Positions 32,634 through 43,033 of a stretch of 64,000 bases of DNA are shown here, one piece after another. This DNA is from an uncultured Holophagales bacterium (GTDB taxonomy: Bacteria; Acidobacteriota; Thermoanaerobaculia; Multivoradales; UBA5704), in assembly GCA_963842525.1 (NCBI GenBank), contig CAWJGT010000004.1, positions 1 through 64,000 of the forward strand, in the 5' to 3' direction. The position numbers were made by a program, and so were the translations under genes. Numbering within the stretch: position 1 is the stretch's first letter; the number at the start of each line of letters is the position of its first letter. The notes beneath the pieces are model-generated. The model was not told the origin of the DNA and searched no databases. It saw only the letters and a list, made by a program, of their open reading frames with translations.

Positions 32634-35141
32634 ATGGTCTCGCCGAGGGACGAGCTTCTTGGGGAGTTGGCCCGTGAAGAGGCCCATCTGGCTGAGATCG
32701 AGCGGCAGCGGGAGGCGGTGTGCTCGCGGATGGAGATCCTGCGCGAAAAGCTCGCGGTCCTCTCTGCGGAGGAGCCGGCCCAGTCTGCCCTTCCCGCCGC
32801 CAGCGAGATTCTTGCGCCGACGACACCGGCAGACAAGGTCCGGCTCTTTCGGGGTCTGTTCAGGGGTCGCGAAGACATCCTCCCGACGAGGTTTGTGAGC
32901 AAGAGGACCGGGAAGGCCGGCTATGCACCTACCTGCGCGAACAAGTTCGTGCGCGGGGTCTGCGACCTTCCGAAGGTCAAGTGCAGTGAATGCCCGAACC
33001 AGGCCTTCACACCGGTGGACGACCGGATGGTCCTTGACCACCTGAAGGGCCATCACGTCATGGGCGTCTATCCTCTGCTCCCGGATGAGACGTGCTGGTT
33101 CCTCGCCATCGACTTCGACAAGGCTTCCTGGCAGGACGATGTCGGGGCGTTTGTCGAGACCTGCCGGGCCGTGGACGTTTCGGTGGCTGTCGAACGTTCC
33201 CGGTCCGGAAACGGCGCTCACGCCTGGTTCTTCTTCGAGGCTCCAGTGGCGGCGCGCCTCGCCCGGAAGATGGGATGCTATCTCCTCACGGAGACCATGT
33301 CCCGGCGACATCAGCTCAGCATGGGGTCGTATGACCGGCTCTTCCCCAACCAGGACACCATGCCACGCGGCGGTTTCGGGAATCTCATTGCGCTGCCGCT
33401 CCAGCGCGAGCCGCGGCAACAGGGGAACACCGTGTTCGTGGACGCATCGTTCCAGGCCTACGACGACCAGTGGAGCTACCTCGCCTCTCTGCCGCGGATC
33501 GCTTCTTCGTTCGCGGAGAGCCTTGCGACGGAGGCGACGCGGCGAGGGCTCGTAATCGGCGTTCGCCTCGCCGAGCCGGCTGACGGCGAGGAGTCGACTC
33601 CGTGGAGGCGCAGACCTTCGGGCCGTCCTCGGCAGGTGCCCCTCTCGGGTCCGCTGCCGCACGAGGTGTGTGCGGTGCTCGCACAGCGCCTCTTCGTCGA
33701 GAAGGCGAGCCTCCCTTCTCCACTTCTGAATGAGATCAAGCGCCTCGCCGCTTTTCAGAACCCGGAGTTCTACAAGAAGCAGAGCCTGCGGCTCTCGACG
33801 GCGATGACGCCGCGGGTGATCGCCTGTGCGGAGGAACTTGCACAACATGTTGCGCTGCCGAGGGGGTGCCTCGGTGATCTGGAAGAGCTTTTCCAGGCGC
33901 ATGGGATGAAGCTCCAGGTGGAGGATCAGCGTCAGGAGGGTGAGGCTCTCGATGTCGAGCTCAAGGGCGAACTCACGGCGGTCCAGCAGGAGGCCGCGGA
34001 GGCTCTCCTCCGGCACGACATCGGTGTGTTTGTCGCGCCTCCCGGGGTTGGCAAGACGGTTCTGGGTACGTACCTGGTGGCGAAGCGCGCACGGAGCACG
34101 CTGGTGCTGGTCCACCGTCAACCTCTGCTGGATCAGTGGGTGGCTCAGCTCTCGATGTTTCTTGGTCTCGAGGAGAAGGAGATCGGCCAGATCGGCGGGG
34201 GGAAGCGCAGGCCGAACGGGCGGCTGGATGTGGCCATGATCCAGAGCCTGGTCCGGCAGGGCCGGGTCGAGGACCTGGTGGAGACGTATGGCCATGTGAT
34301 CGTGGACGAGTGCCACCATGTCCCGGCGGTTTCGTTCGAGCGTGTGCTCTCAGAAGTCAAGGCCCGGTATGTCCTGGGATTGACCGCCACGCCGTACCGC
34401 CGGGATGGGCATCATCCGATTCTGGAGATGCAGTTGGGGCCTGTTCGCTTCGCCGTAGATCCCAGAAGTCAGGCGGCACGGCGGCCGTTCGAGCACCGGT
34501 TGGTCGTCCGTGAGACGGCTTTCCGGCTGGAGGGTAGCGGCGCGGAGGCTGGAATCCAGGGGATCTATGCGGCTCTCGCCGGGGACGAGGCGCGGAACCG
34601 CCTGATTCTGGACGATGTTCTCCATGCGTTGGAGGAGGGGCGCTCGCCGGTCCTCCTCACAGAGCGAAGGGATCACCTCGAATACTTTGCGGAGCAGTTG
34701 CGCGGGTTCGTCCGCCATCTGGTGGTCCTGCAGGGCGGTATGACGGCCAAGGAGCGTCGAAAGCTTGGGGCGCGGCTTGCGGCTGTCCCCGACGGAGAGG
34801 AGCGGCTTGTGCTGGCTACGGGCCGCTATATCGGCGAGGGGTTCGATGATCGGCGGCTGGATACGCTGGTGCTGGCGATGCCGGTGTCCTGGAAAGGAAC
34901 GCTGGTCCAATACACGGGGCGGCTGCACCGGCTTCACCCGCGGAAGTCGGAGGTGCGAATCTTCGATTAGGTGGACCGGGAGGTGCCTGTGCTGGCGCGG
35001 ATGTTCGAGAGGCGGCTGCGGACGTATCGGGCGATCGGGTATGTGCGGGGGGAGGGAGCGCCCAGGCCAGAAGAGGCGATCCGGGAGCGGACGGTGGAGT
35101 ATGACGAGGAGGCTCTTCGGTATTTCGAGGAGGGGGGATGA
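32634..35141 (+). CDS. TOTE-type archaeo-eukaryotic primase-like domain fused to SF2 (ResIII-like) helicase; in-frame TAG at 34968-34970
   Basis: FLAIDFD, ERSRSGNGAHAW, SYDRLFPNQD; helicase PGVGKT, VDECHH, GLTATP, QYTGRLHR; the frame continues VDREVPVLARMFERRLRTYRAIGY after the TAG. Confidence 0.85.
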
Positions 35142-35229
35142 GGGGGAGCACGGACTGGCACGGACCGACACGGAGGAGGCACGGACGGCCAGGTGATGGC
35201 GAGTGACCAAAAACGTGATTCTGAGCACC

Positions 35230-35845
35230 AAGTTTCCCGGTCGTGCGGCGTCGCGGAAGTGCTTGTCTGGTAAGGACTTGGTCATGATGAACCGTCGTAC
35301 AGACCCCCTCTCGGCCGCCTCCACCACGGAAAACGGAACTAGTTTCGTTTTTTCCACAGGGGAAAAGGCCCGCCGAGATTGAGTTTGCCGCGATTTCGGG
35401 AGGTCGAAAAGCCGGTTCTAACCGGCGCAGAAGGGCAACCGCAGGAAGGTAGTTAAAACCAGCGGTGTGGAGGGGGTCGGAGGGGGCGCCGCGGCTGGCG
35501 CGGACCGGTCCCAGGTGCACATGCGGCGTGCGTCGATCAAGGCGACGGAGGTGCACCTGCCTGGGGACTAGGGGAGGGTGCAACGGATGATGCTGCGGTC
35601 GCGCGCTCGGGCCGCAAAGGGGCGGCGGGTGGAGTCAACAAAAGTCCTCTTCTGTTGCATGCTTTTTCCGGCCGGGCGGCAGCGCGGAAAGGCCCGTCCG
35701 GCTTGGGTTTGGCCGCGCTCATCCGTCGTCCAGCCCCCCTCTCCTCCCACCGCAGCTCCGAAAACGAAACCAGTTCCGTTTTTTCCACAGGGAAAAGGCC
35801 CGCCGGGATTGGGTTTTCCTCGATCTTGAGGAGGCGAAAGCGTCT
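35230..35845. repeat. Diverged ~180-bp direct duplication
   Basis: AAACG(G/A)AAC..GTT..GTTTTTTCCACAGGG.AAAAGGCCCGCCG.GATTG at ~35330-35385 and ~35760-35815, with alignable upstream flanks. Confidence 0.75.
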
Positions 35846-36183
35846 TATTTAAGCCCTTGGAACTGAGCCCTCGCAGGAAGGTGGTTGGGATGGACCCGCC
35901 GGGCGGCGGTTGGGGGTGGCGGGCGGGGATGAGATCGGGTCGGGATTGGGTGGGCGCGCTGGAGGACCGGAGGCCGGCTTCTCACGGGCGCAGGCTCCAG
36001 CGGGGCCACCCGGCCTGGGCCGAGGCCCCTTGCAGGGGCCGGAGGGGGATGGGGCGGGGCGGGGTGGTCAAGATAAACCCGGCAGGTTGGCGGAGCGCTT
36101 CGAAGGCATGGCTCCATCCGGCCTGCGGAGCCAAGCTGTCCGGACCTTGCTGCGGGGGGAGGCCCGGGTAGGTGCCCGCCCCT

Positions 36184-36214
36184 GGTTAACATAGTGCAGT
36201 TCATTATGTTAAGG
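36184..36214. other. Xer/dif-like palindromic site
   Basis: GGTTAACATAG-TGCAGTTCA-TTATGTTAAGG; right arm matches the XerD arm TTATGTTAAAT; 9-bp spacer is atypical. Confidence 0.4.
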
Positions 36215-37000
36215 CGAAGCCCGTAGGCGGGGAGTGGCGCAGGGCGAGGGTCGGATAAAGTCGTTCATTTATCGGACCCCTCGCCCGGAGGGAGGGGGAG
36301 CCGCCCCCGCCGGAGCCAGGGGTGGGCAGCTCCCGGGCCGGAGGGTGGGGGAAATCAAATGGGGTGGGCGGCCGGGGATTGGGTGGGCGCACCGGCGGAT
36401 CGACGGCTGGCTTTCCACGACCACAGTTTCCGGGGCGGCCACCCGGCCTTATTCGAACACGGCCGCCATCACCACGAAAAACACGCCGGAGAGAGGGTGG
36501 CGGGACGCTGCCGTCGCCGCGGCGGTGCCCGGCGCGCGGGGCGGCGGGCTTTGCGCCAGCGTCTTGTGGGGGCGCGCCTTCGCGGCAACCCCGGGGACGC
36601 GGGTGGGTGGTGGGACGTTGCCATCCTCACGGCTGGTTGGACCTCGCGCGGGTGGCGGGACGCTGCCATCGCCGCGGCGGCTGCCCGGCGCGCGGGGTGG
36701 TGGGTTTTGCGCCAGCGCCTTTGTGGGGGCGCGCCTTCGCGGGAAGCTCCGCATGGTGACGTTTGCCCTTCCCCACCTTCGGATGGAACTCGAGCGGGTG
36801 GGAGCAGGTTGCGGAGCTCCGCGGAGTCAAGCTGCGTCGGTGGGAGATCGAAATGAATTCGGCAGGTTGGCGGAGCTTGCGGAGCCAATCTGCCGGACCT
36901 TGCCTGGTGGGTGGAGCGGGTCGCGCACTGTGCACGTGAGTGGTCGGCCTGGGTGGTGGTCACGTGCACTGTGCCGATCCCGCGAGTGGGGGAAATCAAG

Positions 37001-38025
37001 ATGGGTGGGCGGCCGGGGATTGGGTGGGCGCGCCGGAGGACCGGAGGACGGCTTTTCACGGCCGCAGGCTTCTGGGGCGGCCACCCGGCCTTGCAGGATG
37101 GAGGCTCCGACTGCGAAGAGGCTGAGCGCAGAGAGGGTGGGAGCAGTTCGAACGGAGCGCCCTGCGCGGAGTCGATCTGCGGGGCGGAAAGCTGCCGGGA
37201 CCACGATGGCTCTACCGCCAGAGTAGCTCCGGTCGGCGGAGCGGATGGGTGGGCCGAGCCGGAGCTTCTCTGGCGGGGCACGACGGCTCGCAGGCCCTCC
37301 CCATCAAATGGGTGGGCGGCCGGGAATTGGGTGGGCGCGCCGGAGGACCGGAGAACGGCTTTTCACGGCCGCAGGCTCTGGGGCGGCCACCCGGCCTTGC
37401 AGGATGGAGGCTCCGACTGCGCAGAGGCTGAGCACAGAGAGGGTGGGAGCCGTTCGGCGGAGCGCCCTGCGCGGAGCCGATCTGCGGGGCGGAAAGCTGC
37501 GGGGACCATGATGGCTCTACCGCCAGAGTAGCTCCGGTCGGCGGAGCGGGTGGGCGGATGGGTGGGCCGAGCCGGAGCTTCTCTGGCGGGGCACGACGGC
37601 TCGCAGACCTTCCCCATCAAATGGGTGGGCGGCCGGGGATTGGGTGGGCGCGCCGGAGGACCGGAGGACGGCTTTTCACGGCCGCAGGATCCGGGGCGGC
37701 CACCCGGCCTTGCAGGATGGAGGCTCCGACTGCGCAGAGGCTGAGCACAGAGAGGGTGGGAGCAGTTCGGCGGAGCGCCCTGCGCGGAGCCGATCTGCGG
37801 GGCGGAAAGCTGCGGGGACCACGATGGCTCTACCGCCAGAGTAGCTCCGGTCGGCGGAGCGGGTGGGCGGATGGGTGAGCCGAGCCGGAGCTTCTCTGGC
37901 GGGGCACGACGGCTCGCAGGCCCTCCTCATCAAATGGGTGGGCGGGTGTGGAATTGGGTGGGCGCGCCGGAGGACTGGAGGCCGGCTTTTCACGGCCGCA
38001 GGCTTCGGCGCGGCCACCCGGCCTT
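37001..38025 (+). repeat. Non-coding tandem repeat, ~310-bp units (3 plus a partial)
   Basis: Unit starts ATGGGTGGGCGG at 37001, 37308, 37621 and 37934; degenerate pieces at ~35940 and ~36350. Confidence 0.9.
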
Positions 38026-38750
38026 TTCAAAAGACGGCCGCCGTCCCCGCCCGCGGGTGGAGCTCGCGCGGGTGGTTGGGCGCTGCCGTCCCCGCCCGGC
38101 TGCTGGCGCGCGGGGTGGTGGGGTGTGCGTCAGCGAGCTGGTGGGGGCGCGCCTTTCACGGGAAGCTCCGAGGACGCGGGTGGGTGGCGGGGGCGTTGCC
38201 CTCGCCGCGGCGGGATCGACCTCGCGCGGGTGGTCGGTTGGCGCCGCCGTCCCCAGCCGGGCTGCGGGAGCCGGAGACGTTTCCGGAAACGAAACCGGGC
38301 GGCCGTCACTGGCTCGAGAACTCAGCCGCGAGAGGCGGGAGGGTGGCGTTGCCGTCGCCGTGGCGTTGCCTGGAGCGCGGGGTGAGGGGGTGTGCGTCAG
38401 CGCTCTGGAGGGGCGCACGCCTTCTCGACGGGACTCCGGGGACGCGGGGTGGGTGGCGGGGACGTTGCCGACGCCGCGGCGGGATCGACCTGGCGCGGGT
38501 GGTGGGGTGGCGCCGCCGTCCCCTGCCCCAGGCTGCACGGCGCGCGGGGTGGCCTTGATTGTGTCAACGCCCAGGTGCGAGCGCGTTTGCGCGTCGGCCC
38601 CCGGTGCGGCCACCCGGCCCTTCAGAACGACGGCCGCCATCCCCCTCGCCCGTCCCAGCCCAGAGAGGGAGGGCGATTTCTCGGGTTACTTTTTCGTGCA
38701 AAGTGCTTTATCATAGTTCGGATGTCACCCCGACTCGAAAGGAGTCAGCC

Positions 38751-39029
38751 TTGCTGAAACACCCGAGCGCTTTCCTTCCCGTGACCATGTCCCTCGGTGC
38801 CCTCGCCACCGTGTTGGTGTTCGTCGCCTTGCACGGAACCGCCCCCCAGGCAGATGAGGGTGCAGCCGCCCACATTTGGCAGCTCCTTATGGCTGCCCAG
38901 GTACCTATCGTGCTGTTCTTCGCGATGAAGTGGCTGCCGCGGTCACCAAGACAGGCTGTGCCCGTCCTAGCGCTGCAAGTCGGCGCTGCAGTAGCAGCGA
39001 TGGCGCCCGTGTTCTTGCTCCACTGGTAG
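38751..39029 (+). CDS. Small membrane protein (three hydrophobic helices)
   Basis: AAGGAG SD before TTG 38751; KHPSAFLP...PQADEGAAAHIWQLLMAAQVP... Confidence 0.75.
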   Translation: MLKHPSAFLPVTMSLGALATVLVFVALHGTAPQADEGAAAHIWQLLMAAQVPIVLFFAMKWLPRSPRQAVPVLALQVGAAVAAMAPVFLLHW

Positions 39030-39553
39030 GGGTATAGGCCGCGGGCCGCCTTCCCCGCCCAGGCTGCCTGGCGCGCGGGGTGGTGGCGTGTGCGTCAGCG
39101 GGCTGGTGGGGGCGCGCCTTCGGTTGTCCAGCTGTAGGCGATCACCAGAAGCCGTAGAAATATGGGCCATCAGGTCGAGCAGCCGTCCGGTATCGTCCTC
39201 GGAAACGTTATCCGACTCCGCAGCGTGGGGACGTCGGGTGCCACCCGACCACTCGTGAGAGGTCGATACCGCCGCGGCGACATCACTGTGGGAGTTCGTC
39301 GGCGAGGGGTGGGCGAATGGCGCTCTCATCGCTGCGGCGGCTGCCTGGCGCGCCGGGTGATGGCGTATGCGTCAGCGAGCTGGCGGTGGCGTGCGTTCGC
39401 GGACGCTCCGGAGACGCGTGTGGGTGGAGGGGCTTGCCGTCGCCGCGGAAGCTGGCCGGAGAGTGGGTGGGCGGGAGGGCGCCCCCACGGTGGCCGGAGC
39501 GAGCAGGGGGGATGATTGCGTCCAGCGCAGGCGGGGCGATGTAGGCTTCGGGG

Positions 39554-39583
39554 GATGTACATAGAAATTTTGCTATGTTAAAG
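39554..39583. other. Xer/dif(cer)-like site
   Basis: GATGTACATAG-AAATTTTG-CTATGTTAAAG versus E. coli dif GGTGCGCATAA-N6-TTATGTTAAAT; 8-bp spacer. Confidence 0.45.
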
Positions 39584-39616
39584 AACTTGCAGGCCACCCA
39601 GGCCGTGCCTGGTCTT

Positions 39617-39710
39617 GCGTGCAGGCCTGCGTAGCCGCGTGCGGACTTGCGTGCAGACCTGCGTGCGGCTCCCCAGAGCCGCGTGCGGACTTGCGTGCGG
39701 CTTTGCGCGG
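39617..39710 (+). repeat. 12-bp iteron-like repeats (GCGTGCGGACTT consensus)
   Basis: About six imperfect copies immediately right of the dif-like site. Confidence 0.75.
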
Positions 39711-40519
39711 CAAATCCTGCGGCCCCCACCCCCCTCCGCCCCCTTCGGTTGAGTTCTCTCGCGGATGGAAATTTCAGAGGAACGGAACGAAACCTCAGGG
39801 AATCCCGGAATAACGATCTAAAATTTTCTCACTAGATCTCAAGCGGGGCTTGTCTGAGCCTGCCTTCGGCGATCCAGGGATGAAACAGCGCGCCGCCGCC
39901 AGCCACCCCGCCGCCCACTTCACCTAGAACCGGAGCCCAAGGTACCGCGGCGAGCCGGACCCTAGATGGTAGGCTGCTGGCGGCCAGGCGCGCGGACCGA
40001 CTGGCGAGCCAAGCGGCTGGGCCACTCGCTGGCCACGGATGGGCTGGCCTCTGCAAGGCCCTCTACGGCGTTTTCCCGGCCGGCGGCAGGAACGGGGACA
40101 GCCCAAGCAGCCCCAGGCTCAGAGGAGCCGCCAGACAGCTTGGCGTTGATCTGGCTGCTGGAGCAGGTGAGAGGTGGGGAACCGTGCCCTCCGGGCCGGC
40201 GATGGCGCAGACGCCTTGCTCACGGGAGTGCAGGGCCGAGGCGAGCCGACCCAAGCCAGCAATAGGCATGCTCGGGATGGCCTCGGGTTCGGGCTCAACG
40301 GCCGGCGCGGTGCTCCCGGCCAGCCGTCTTGTTGACACTTTGGTACCCCCAAGTGACCCGGGAGCGCCAGTGAAAAGTGAAGCTACTGAAAACAAAAAAC
40401 TTACACACAGTGACCGGGTCTGGGGGGACGTAGCTGGGCCTTCAAGCGAGATCGAGGCTTCTTACGAGGGAGTCTCTGAAGAGGTCCGGCAAGCTACCTC
40501 CTCAGAGCACCAACCACGT

Positions 40520-40573
40520 TCCCCCTCTCCCGGTGGAAGGGGGGGCGATGGGAGAGGGGGACAGGGGGTGAGG
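40520..40573. repeat. REP-like palindrome
   Basis: Reverse-complement relative of 1-52; abuts the stop of the TPR gene. Confidence 0.75.
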
Positions 40574-40574
40574 T

Positions 40575-41802
40575 CTACCGCTTCGCCACCCGCACCTGCT
40601 CGCCGCGGAACGGCTTCTTGAGGTAGGCCTTGGCGCTCTGGCGCGCGTAGTCGTGGGACTCCCCCTTCCACTTCATGTCCAGCACCGCGCGGTAACAGCG
40701 GAGCGCCTCCTCGCGCCGGCCGAGGGCGTCGAGGGCCATGCCGTGGCGTAGACGGCCCAGTACCCGGTATTCGGTGTTGAGAGGACGCCGGGTCATGAGC
40801 TGCTCGAGCTGCTCGAGATGGACGAGCGCCGGGGCGTACTGCCGGTGGTGCATCTCGGCGCGCGAGAGGATGTAGAGCGCCTGCTCGGCGATCGCGTCGG
40901 TATAGCCGCTCTGCCCCTTGTCATGGCGGTCGACGATGTCCTGGAAGACCAGCCGCGCCTGCCCCAGGCGCCCGAGCCGCTCCAGGTTGCGCCCCTCGTA
41001 GAGGTGGAAGAGCGAGTTGCCCGGATACCGCTGGCGGAGCCAGAGCGTGTGGCGCAGGCTCTGGAGGTAGTCCTTCTCGAACATGTACTGGACCTGGAGC
41101 AGAGTGTAGGCCGCCTCGGCCTGGACGAACCGCCCCTGGGCCATGGCCCGCTCGAGCTCCTGGATGCCTTTCTGCCGGTCGCCGCGCGGGAAGAGCCGCG
41201 CGAACGGGCGCAGGATGCGGTATTGCTTCGGCACGACGGCCGCCAGATAGTCGAAGGCGCCCACGCCGAAGTCCAGGTCCCGGTTGGCCGGATCGCGCTT
41301 CGTCACCTCGCGCAGCCACCTGAGGGCCTGCTGTCCGTCCCGAGCCGCCTTGAGCCAGTTGCGGCGGTCGGAGTGGAGCCGTCCGCGGAAGGCGTGGGCG
41401 GCAGTCTGGAAGAACATGGCGTCGACGTCCTCGCGATCGGCCGCGAGGCGCGCGTCACAGCGGCTCGAGGACCTCGTCCATGGCCGCGAAGAAGGCGGCG
41501 TCCTGCGACGTGTCGTCCGGCTCGAGCTGGATGGTCCACCACGGCACCAGCGCCTTGAGGAATGGGCTTACCGGATGGCCGGGATAGCGGGCGGCGATCC
41601 CGGCGAAGACCTCGTCGGCCCCCGCGAAATCCATGTCGTAGAGATAGCCGAGCCCCTTCTTCATCTGCTCCTGGAACTGGTAGTCGTCCAGGATCGAAGG
41701 GGGGCGCGGCGTGGCCTCGGCGGCGAGAGGCGAAAGAAAGGCGAACGCGGCCAGGGCGTAGGCGAGCGATCTCCGGGGAGTCCGGGCTGCGGAGCGTTCC
41801 AT
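40575..41802 (-). CDS. Secreted TPR-repeat protein (frameshift near 41460)
   Basis: Signal peptide SLAYALAAFAFLSPLAAEA; GLGYLYDMDFAGA...; TPR helices continue in ORF 40575-41417. Confidence 0.75.
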
Positions 41803-41831
41803 GTCCCAGAAAAACGGCTGGAGCGGAGGCG

Positions 41832-42923
41832 CTATTCCGCGGTGAGCGCTCCGGGGATCAGGCGGTCGCGGACGGGGTCCCAGCGCCATTGCGCCTCCCG
41901 GCCCTGAAGGTGGACGCCGCCGAGCCAGCGGTCGATGCCGTGGATGCGCACCCAGTCGTCCCGCCCCTCCAGCACCTCGGCACCGGTGGCGGTGAGATGC
42001 ACCCGCCAGGACCGCACGTGCGAGCCCTCGCGCTCCAGGCGGATCAGCCGCCGCGGATCGGTCGAGAGCTCCTGGAGGCGATGGAGGAAGGTGCTGTCGC
42101 CCATGTAGCGCCGCGCCTCCTTCTCGGAGGCGGCCCAGAAGACCGCCTCGAAGGAGGCGCTGCCCCCCAGCGCCGCCAGCCCCTCGAGAGCCTGTTGCTC
42201 GGTCCGGGAGAGCCCGTTGCCGACCGACGGGAACTCCTCCAGGTGGCGGTGGAGCGCGCCGGCCAGGAACGGCAGGGCCGAGGTGTCGCGCCGGATGGCC
42301 ACCTCGATGCCGATCGGCTCCAGGGCGCAGAAGGCGCGCCAGGCGTGGCGGGCGAGGACGAGCTGCTCCTTGGTGACCCGCTGCCGTTGCGGCAGCAGGG
42401 AGGCCATCTGCTCGGGATCGAGCTGCCCCAGGCCGTGGAACGGCTCGACGCCGGGGAATTCGCCGATGCAGATCAGGCTGAGGCGTGTGAACCCGACCTC
42501 GCGGGCGGCAAACCCGTCCAGGATGCGGATGAGCAGGAGCTGGTCGAACAGGTCGTGCTCGAACCAGAGGACCACCTCTTCGTAGGACCGGTGATCCTCC
42601 AGGAGGCGATCCCAATCCGTCAGGTCGGCGAGGCACTCGTCGTATCCGCCGTGGCCCGCCTGGGCGAGGTAGCGGGCGCGCACCTTGCGCCACCGCTCGG
42701 GCGGCAGCCCCGCCGGAGTGGGGCCCTCGTGCAGCACGTCGGCCGAGAGCGTGACCCGGCCGGGCACGCCGGCCTCGCGGAGGATCTCGGCAGCGATGCT
42801 CCCGTTGGTGACATGGAGCATGCGGGCCGGCTCCCGGGCCTGGCGGATGAACCGCTCCGGGGAGAGGCCCACGAAGGGCTCCGGCACGGAGGCCTGCGGG
42901 CTGCGGATCTTGAATTCGGCCAT
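41832..42923 (-). CDS. DUF1835-domain protein
   Basis: LHVTNG, DVLHEGP, VVLWFEHDLFDQL, GLSRTE, MGDS, IDRWLGGVHL. Confidence 0.8.
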   Translation of the reverse strand: MAEFKIRSPQASVPEPFVGLSPERFIRQAREPARMLHVTNGSIAAEILREAGVPGRVTLSADVLHEGPTPAGLPPERWRKVRARYLAQAGHGGYDECLADLTDWDRLLEDHRSYEEVVLWFEHDLFDQLLLIRILDGFAAREVGFTRLSLICIGEFPGVEPFHGLGQLDPEQMASLLPQRQRVTKEQLVLARHAWRAFCALEPIGIEVAIRRDTSALPFLAGALHRHLEEFPSVGNGLSRTEQQALEGLAALGGSASFEAVFWAASEKEARRYMGDSTFLHRLQELSTDPRRLIRLEREGSHVRSWRVHLTATGAEVLEGRDDWVRIHGIDRWLGGVHLQGREAQWRWDPVRDRLIPGALTAE

Positions 42924-43033
42924 GGAAAACTGCCCGCGACGGAGAGGCCTCGGGGGCTGGCGACGATTCTACGGCAGAAGGCGGTCCTTCGCCCCGGTCC
43001 CTCTCCCGGAGGCCACAAGAAGAGGCCGGGTGG

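Larger units (their letters stand above)
171..40361. mobile_element. Putative integrative element / defence island (boundaries approximate)
   Basis: Integrase plus AlpA-like gene at the left end; GTGACCCGG tandem at 171-179/182-190 recurs at 40353-40361 before an A-rich tract; cargo is defence/conflict genes with AT-richer segments; housekeeping-type genes resume after 40575. Core att duplication not found. Confidence 0.45.

Noticed and set aside
34968-34970. Pyrrolysine recoding of TAG
   Set aside because: The position corresponds to a Tyr motif, a one-base change explains it, and no pyl genes are visible
35349-35790. oriC from TTTTCCACA DnaA-box-like 9-mers
   Set aside because: Only two boxes ~430 bp apart, no DUE and no dnaA context
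37001-38025. CRISPR array or repeat-protein gene
   Set aside because: Units are near-identical throughout with no spacers; periods are not multiples of 3; the ORFs are low-complexity
38751-39120. Integron cassette with attC
   Set aside because: No RYYYAAC...GTTRRRY attC structure after the stop and no IntI
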